DNA of 64,000 nucleotides from Candidatus Babeliales bacterium (GTDB lineage Bacteria; Babelota; Babeliae; Babelales; JACPOV01): NCBI GenBank assembly GCA_050250855.1, contig JBFWNW010000002.1, positions 96,001 to 160,000 of the forward strand, read 5' to 3'. Shown piece by piece: positions 58,668 to 64,000 of this stretch (position 1 is its first letter; each line of letters starts with the position of its first letter). The notes under the pieces were generated by a model. It saw only the letters and a program-made list of their open reading frames with translations, ran no database searches and was not told where the DNA came from. The position numbers and the translations under genes were made by a program.

Positions 58668-60029
58668 ATGAATAACAAAACATTATCATTATTTTTAATA
58701 CTATTTTTTTCTATTCATGCAGATGAGCGGGTTAATCTTATTGAATCAATGTTTGTGACAAAGAATGTACTTTCTATCCGTGCCTGCAAAGAGCTACGAG
58801 ATCTCTTTTTAATACAAGATTTTATTGTTGAATATAATGATCCTGAAATTGATTTGCGTCAATTGCCCTATTCTGTAATTACGCTTCCTTTTGTAATGCA
58901 TATGCTCCCTATTGTATGGCAAATGGATAAAACCTATGTGGTGGAAAGTATTGATGCGGATTTGTATGCATGCTTGCCATCGCTCAAAAAAGTTTTTAGA
59001 CTTTTTTACCAAAAAATTAATTGGCAAGGTTCATTAGAAGCGCGTGAAATTATTAAAAATTCCTATAAAGATTCTCCTTTGTATGCGCAGAATGCACGTT
59101 CCGTTATTATTCCTTTTAGTGGTGGCGTTGATTCTGTCTATAACTCTTTAGTGAATCTTGATAAAAAGCAGCATCTTGTTTCCATCTGTGGTGGCGATGT
59201 GCCAACAGGTATGCCAGAATTAGTTGTATCCTTCAAACAACATTGCCAAGACTATGCAGAGCGCTATAATTTGCCGTGGAGTGTTATTCGTTCAAATTTT
59301 GCGGGCATTTATAATGATGCACATGCCGTGAATCATTCAATTATTTGGACGTTAGTAACGCAAGGATTGAGCTACACAAGCCTCATGCTTCCTTTAATGA
59401 TTGCCAAAGGGATACCATTTTGCTTACTTGGTTCTGCAAGTGTTGCAGAGCATCCATGGCCGTATGGCAGTCATCCTTTAATTGAGCATACGTTATGTGC
59501 TGCAGGCTGCTATTCATTCCATTTTGGTGGTGAATTAACGCGATCGCAAAAGTTAGCAGCTATTAATGAAATCTGCCAAGTGCGCAATATACAAAAACCT
59601 GAGCTCAGAATCTGTTGGTCAAAAATACTTGAACAAAAAAATTGCGGCATATGCCCTAATAAATGTTTAATTACCATGCTGTGTCTTTTAGTGGAAGGAT
59701 ATAGCTATGAAGAATTTGGTTTATTCTTGCCGCATGCAGAACTTTTTGAACGCATAAAAAATACGTTACTAGAACATCCTCTTGACCATGACACCATTTT
59801 TAAGTGGGGTGTAATTCAAAAAAGAATTGCTTTTCTTGAACCAAAAAAGATACCTTATCAAGAAGATGTACAAGAGTTTTTATCATGGTTTAAAAATCTT
59901 GATCTATGCGCATTACGTGATAAAAAACTTGAAAATACCTATGCGCCCAACGTAAAAGAAGTTTTTGCTTCTTTATGGAACGCGAGTATGGAAGTAGCGC
60001 ATAAACGCTTTAATGCACTGTTTTCATAA
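58668..60029 (+). CDS. PP-loop (adenine nucleotide alpha-hydrolase-like) protein with Cys cluster and apparent signal peptide
   Basis: IPFSGGVDS, GSHPLIE, RICW..NCGICPNKC. Confidence 0.65.
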   Translation: MNNKTLSLFLILFFSIHADERVNLIESMFVTKNVLSIRACKELRDLFLIQDFIVEYNDPEIDLRQLPYSVITLPFVMHMLPIVWQMDKTYVVESIDADLYACLPSLKKVFRLFYQKINWQGSLEAREIIKNSYKDSPLYAQNARSVIIPFSGGVDSVYNSLVNLDKKQHLVSICGGDVPTGMPELVVSFKQHCQDYAERYNLPWSVIRSNFAGIYNDAHAVNHSIIWTLVTQGLSYTSLMLPLMIAKGIPFCLLGSASVAEHPWPYGSHPLIEHTLCAAGCYSFHFGGELTRSQKLAAINEICQVRNIQKPELRICWSKILEQKNCGICPNKCLITMLCLLVEGYSYEEFGLFLPHAELFERIKNTLLEHPLDHDTIFKWGVIQKRIAFLEPKKIPYQEDVQEFLSWFKNLDLCALRDKKLENTYAPNVKEVFASLWNASMEVAHKRFNALFS

Positions 60030-60038
60030 AATAAGGAT

Positions 60039-61505
60039 ATGGTTGTGAGAAAATATGTAATGTTATTTATTTTTTGCGCAAGTCCATTAAGTGCCGCAGT
60101 GCCGGTATGCAACGTGCCGCAACAGTATCAACAAGAAAGAAAAGGGCCACTGGGGCAACAGTTGCTGAATGCTGCAAAAAAAAATACGCCAACATTATTC
60201 AGATCATTATTAATGCAGGCAGTAAAAACGTATAAGGGTAATAAAGAAGAATTTTTTAATGTTATAAATATGCGTGATGAAGATAGCTTTAACATTATCC
60301 TTTACGCATCATTAATTAATGATCTTGAAAATTTAGCAATCATATTTGATGCGCTTGAAGAATTTTATAAAAATGATCCAGAGGGAGCCTTTGAATATCT
60401 TATAACGCGTGATAAGCGAGGACTTTCTGTTTTAGGTCTTGCAGAATACGGTGCAGATCAGCGTATTGTTGAACTTATTTTAATGCGTGCGATGAATCTT
60501 ATTGGGAGCAATAAAAAACTTTTTTTTAAATTTATCACTGCTGCTGACCATGAAGGAAATAGGCCGCTCGGTGATGCTGTTTTTGATGCAGAATTTAGAA
60601 ATGTTGAAATGATGGTAAAGGTAGCAGCACATATTTTAGGTAAAGATTCACCAGAATTTAAAGAGTTTTTGAATGTTGAAGAATCATCGGGAAATAATGC
60701 TTTATCCTATGCACATAATATTCGCATTAAACTTTTTTTAGAAAAGTATGGAGCAGAAATGCCGGTCAGTAAAACACGATTAAAAGCTGCAAATGTGCAA
60801 GCAGAAAAATATGGCCTAGCATTAAATGAAGCAAGTAATCATTATGATTTTAAAAAATTTAAAGAATTGCTCAGCAAGGCGAAAGATTTTAAAGAAGATG
60901 ATTATGCAGCGTTTACTTACTTTTCTGCACGCAATGGCGCAGGATGGAATCCTTTTATTAATACCGCAGCAGATGGCCAATATAAATATCTTAAAGCGTT
61001 ACTCAAAACAGTAGATTCTATTTTTGACAAAGAAGATAAAGAAACAAAATCGCTTCTTTTGAGTAATGCTGATTTTGAAGGAAGAACGCCTTTGCATTTG
61101 GCAATTTTAAGAAGACACTGGCATGTAGGGCATTTGCTCATTGACACGGTTACTCGTTATGCCATTAATAAGCCATTTTTATATGCTGTGTTGAGTGTGG
61201 CAAATGAACTGAATGGCTTCACGCCCTTTATTAATGCTATTTATGCAAGTGGTCAGTTTGATGATGATGTATATGATTTTATTAAATTTTTTATTGAACG
61301 AGCAGAAAATCTTTTTGGCAGGGATTCGCGTATGTTTTATCTTTTTTTAAATACGCGCGATTATAATGGCTGGAATCCCCTTTCCTACGCTTCTGATGAT
61401 CAACTTAAAAAATTATTAAAATCTTATGGTGCTATTGATACACCAATGCCTCGCTACAAAGGAGTTGGCAAATTTAAAAAACTTGAGCTAGAAGGTGATA
61501 TGTAA
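60039..61505 (+). CDS. Secreted ankyrin-like repeat protein
   Basis: Signal peptide; DFEGRTPLHLA, DHEGNRPL, NGFTPF, NGWNPL repeats. Confidence 0.8.
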   Translation: MVVRKYVMLFIFCASPLSAAVPVCNVPQQYQQERKGPLGQQLLNAAKKNTPTLFRSLLMQAVKTYKGNKEEFFNVINMRDEDSFNIILYASLINDLENLAIIFDALEEFYKNDPEGAFEYLITRDKRGLSVLGLAEYGADQRIVELILMRAMNLIGSNKKLFFKFITAADHEGNRPLGDAVFDAEFRNVEMMVKVAAHILGKDSPEFKEFLNVEESSGNNALSYAHNIRIKLFLEKYGAEMPVSKTRLKAANVQAEKYGLALNEASNHYDFKKFKELLSKAKDFKEDDYAAFTYFSARNGAGWNPFINTAADGQYKYLKALLKTVDSIFDKEDKETKSLLLSNADFEGRTPLHLAILRRHWHVGHLLIDTVTRYAINKPFLYAVLSVANELNGFTPFINAIYASGQFDDDVYDFIKFFIERAENLFGRDSRMFYLFLNTRDYNGWNPLSYASDDQLKKLLKSYGAIDTPMPRYKGVGKFKKLELEGDM

Positions 61506-61513
61506 TAGTTGCT

Positions 61514-64000
61514 ATGAATGGTTTTTATAAAAAATCTCTTGAAGAAATTTTTGATCGTTTTGCAACAAATCCCGAGAAAGGGCTTTCAGGAAAGCAGGTT
61601 ACTGAATATCAAAAAAAATATGGGCCTAATCTTATTGCACAGGCTTTGCCAGAATCACTTTTCATTCTTTTTTTACGCCAATTTCAGAGTCCTTTAATTT
61701 ATATTTTGCTTATTGCGGCGTTGCTTATCTTTTTAGTGGGTCAATCGTTTGATGCGTTTGTTATTAGTGGTGTTCTTTTTTTTAATGCCATTGTAGGAGC
61801 TATTCAAGAAGGAAGAGCAAAGAAAATTCTTGAGCGCTTGCGCACCTATTTAGTGTCAAATGTTGTGGTACTGCGTGATGGTGATCGTATTATTGTGCCA
61901 GCTGGAGAGCTTGTTCCTGGGGATATTATTATTGTGCAAGAAGGAGAAAAAATTCCTGCAGATGCTCGGTTGCTTGAAGCGCATAATATATTGGTTGATG
62001 AAGCAATGCTCACTGGAGAATCAAAAAGTATTGAAAAGCAGCCAGGTGTTTTGACTAATAATGTACTTATTTCTGATCAAACTAATATGCTTTTTAAAGG
62101 TACGTATGTATTTTCAGGTTTTGCAAAAGCAGTTGTTGTAGCAACGGGTCAAGATACAGAAATTGGTCGCATTGGCCGGGTATTGCAAACGCTTGAAAGT
62201 GAGATGCCACTCAAAAAAGAAATTGATACCCTTTCTCAGTATATTTTATATTTCATTATTGGCATGTGCTTTTTTTTATTACTCGTTGGTTTATGGCAAG
62301 AGCGTACCTTTGCAGATATGCTTGTTATGCTGACAGCACTTTTTATTTGTGTTATTCCAGAAGGTCTTCCTGTTATTATGACTATTACGCTTGTTGCAGG
62401 AGCGTATCGTATGGCGCAAAGCAATGTATTAGTAAAACGATTGCAAGCAGCAGAAGGCTTAGGCAGAGTTGATATTATTTTAGTAGATAAAACAGGAACG
62501 CTGACAAGAAATGAAATGGTGGTGAGTAAAATTTTTTGCCAAGATGCTCTCTTTACCGTTACCGGAAAAGGATATTCGCCACATGGAACTCTTGAATATA
62601 ATGGCAAGCCGGTAGAGAAGGTGCCAGAAGCAGCTCGCTTAATGGCTCTTGGTGCAGCGTTGCTTAATGAATCAGAAGTAGAATATAAATCTCACCTTTC
62701 GCAATTTGTTATAAAAGGTGATCCAACGCAAGCAGCACTTTCTATTTTTGCTCAAAAATTAGGATTCAATTCTCTTGCGCTGCATAAAGAATATCGAGTT
62801 CTTTATGAATTGCCATTTCAGTCAAAAGAGCGTTACCAAGCGGGTATTTTTGAAAAAAATGGTGAAATATTAGTATATATTGCAGGAGCTCCTGAAGTTA
62901 TTATGCAAAAAACTATTAACAATACACCGCAAGCATCAGAGGCTTTATTTGCAATGCTCAAAGAAGGTTTTCGTGTTGTTGCTTTTGCCTACAAAAAATA
63001 TATGAGCAATGAACTTCCTGAAGATTGGCGCAAAAATCCCGCAAAATTATTTAATGATAATCTCTTATTAGGAGGCTTTTTCGCTATTCAAGATGCCATT
63101 AGAGATCAGGTAAAAGAGAGCGTTATCAATGCGCAAAAAGCGGGAATAAAGGTAGTTATGGTAACGGGTGATCATAAACAAACGGCATTGTTTGTTGCTC
63201 GTACGGTAGGTATTTTTAAAGAGGGAGATGCTGTTCTAGAAGGTAAAGAATTAGAAAATATGACCGATGAAGAATTATTAGCATTATTACCAAAAGTAAC
63301 CGTCTTTGCTCGTGTTATTCCAGAACAAAAATTACGCATTGTGCAGCTGTTGCATAAAAAAGGATATCTTGTTGCCATGACCGGTGATGGTGTTAATGAT
63401 GCGCCATCGTTAGTAGCTGCAGACCTTGGTATTGGCATGGGATTAATTGGTACAGAAGTTGCAAAAGAAGCGTCAGATATAATTTTGCTTGATGATTCAT
63501 TTGCAAGTATTGTTCTTGCTATCAAGCAAGGACGGCATATTTTTGCAACGCTACGGCGTGTAGTAAGTTATTTTTTTACAACCAATATGGCAGAAATTCT
63601 TATTGTTTTTTTTGCACTTATTTTTAATCTTCCACTTCCGCTTTTGGCAGTGCAGATACTATGGCTTAATTTAATTACTGACGGTTTTTTTGATGTTGCT
63701 TTGGCATTAGAACCTGAGCATGAACAATCGAGTATGATGAGTGAAACTCCTGCCAAGCTTGAATATCTTGTTGATTGGAAAGTTTTTTTTAAAATGCTGT
63801 ATCTTTCTATTCCTATGGCACTCGGTTCTCTTACTATTTTTTATTATTATCAAGATAATCTTGCTCTTGCACGAACAATGACCTTAGTTGCTATGGCGCT
63901 GTATCAGTGGTTTAATGCATGGAATTCGCGCTCTGAAAAATATTCTGTTATCACGCTAGGTTTTTTTTCAAATAAATGGCTTATTCTTGCAACATTTTTT
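61514..64000 (+). CDS. Cation-transporting P-type ATPase (type II, Ca2+-ATPase-like); runs off the right edge
   Basis: Absent from the ORF track. Manual translation from ATG 61514 shows YGPN, LVPGDII, LTGES, IPEGLP, DKTGTLT, MVTGD, TGDGVNDAP, QILWLNLITD. Confidence 0.92.
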   Translation, partial: MNGFYKKSLEEIFDRFATNPEKGLSGKQVTEYQKKYGPNLIAQALPESLFILFLRQFQSPLIYILLIAALLIFLVGQSFDAFVISGVLFFNAIVGAIQEGRAKKILERLRTYLVSNVVVLRDGDRIIVPAGELVPGDIIIVQEGEKIPADARLLEAHNILVDEAMLTGESKSIEKQPGVLTNNVLISDQTNMLFKGTYVFSGFAKAVVVATGQDTEIGRIGRVLQTLESEMPLKKEIDTLSQYILYFIIGMCFFLLLVGLWQERTFADMLVMLTALFICVIPEGLPVIMTITLVAGAYRMAQSNVLVKRLQAAEGLGRVDIILVDKTGTLTRNEMVVSKIFCQDALFTVTGKGYSPHGTLEYNGKPVEKVPEAARLMALGAALLNESEVEYKSHLSQFVIKGDPTQAALSIFAQKLGFNSLALHKEYRVLYELPFQSKERYQAGIFEKNGEILVYIAGAPEVIMQKTINNTPQASEALFAMLKEGFRVVAFAYKKYMSNELPEDWRKNPAKLFNDNLLLGGFFAIQDAIRDQVKESVINAQKAGIKVVMVTGDHKQTALFVARTVGIFKEGDAVLEGKELENMTDEELLALLPKVTVFARVIPEQKLRIVQLLHKKGYLVAMTGDGVNDAPSLVAADLGIGMGLIGTEVAKEASDIILLDDSFASIVLAIKQGRHIFATLRRVVSYFFTTNMAEILIVFFALIFNLPLPLLAVQILWLNLITDGFFDVALALEPEHEQSSMMSETPAKLEYLVDWKVFFKMLYLSIPMALGSLTIFYYYQDNLALARTMTLVAMALYQWFNAWNSRSEKYSVITLGFFSNKWLILATFF

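Noticed and set aside
58668..60029. QueC or QatC anti-phage component
   Set aside because: No queDEF or qatABD neighbours; only generic PP-loop and Cys motifs are shared.

Overview
AT-rich bacterial chromosome segment. The gene mix suggests an intracellular protist-associated bacterium, most likely Candidatus Dependentiae/Babelota (TM6); this is inferred from gene content only. Core genes include wecB, wecC, uvrC, clpB, tpiA, secG, mlaE/F-like, moxR, eno, aspS, nfo, infB, nusA, udg, tsaD, smpB, ssrA and a P-type ATPase. The window also holds a partial type II secretion cluster with two secretins and a probable oriC (8 perfect DnaA boxes, no dnaA nearby). A family of nested palindromic REP-like elements and many signal-peptide ORFans, some with eukaryote-like domains, are present. 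The most notable locus is 7441-11025. It has two tandem genes encoding signal peptide + Skp1-like + F-box-like + 7xWD40 proteins, which look like single-chain mimics of an SCF ubiquitin-ligase adaptor. Their repeats are homogenised except at predicted substrate-facing codons. Both carry a conserved -1-frame coiled-coil tail, and the pair is bracketed by an att-like duplication of a HAD gene 3' end. All calls were made by eye; no searches were run.
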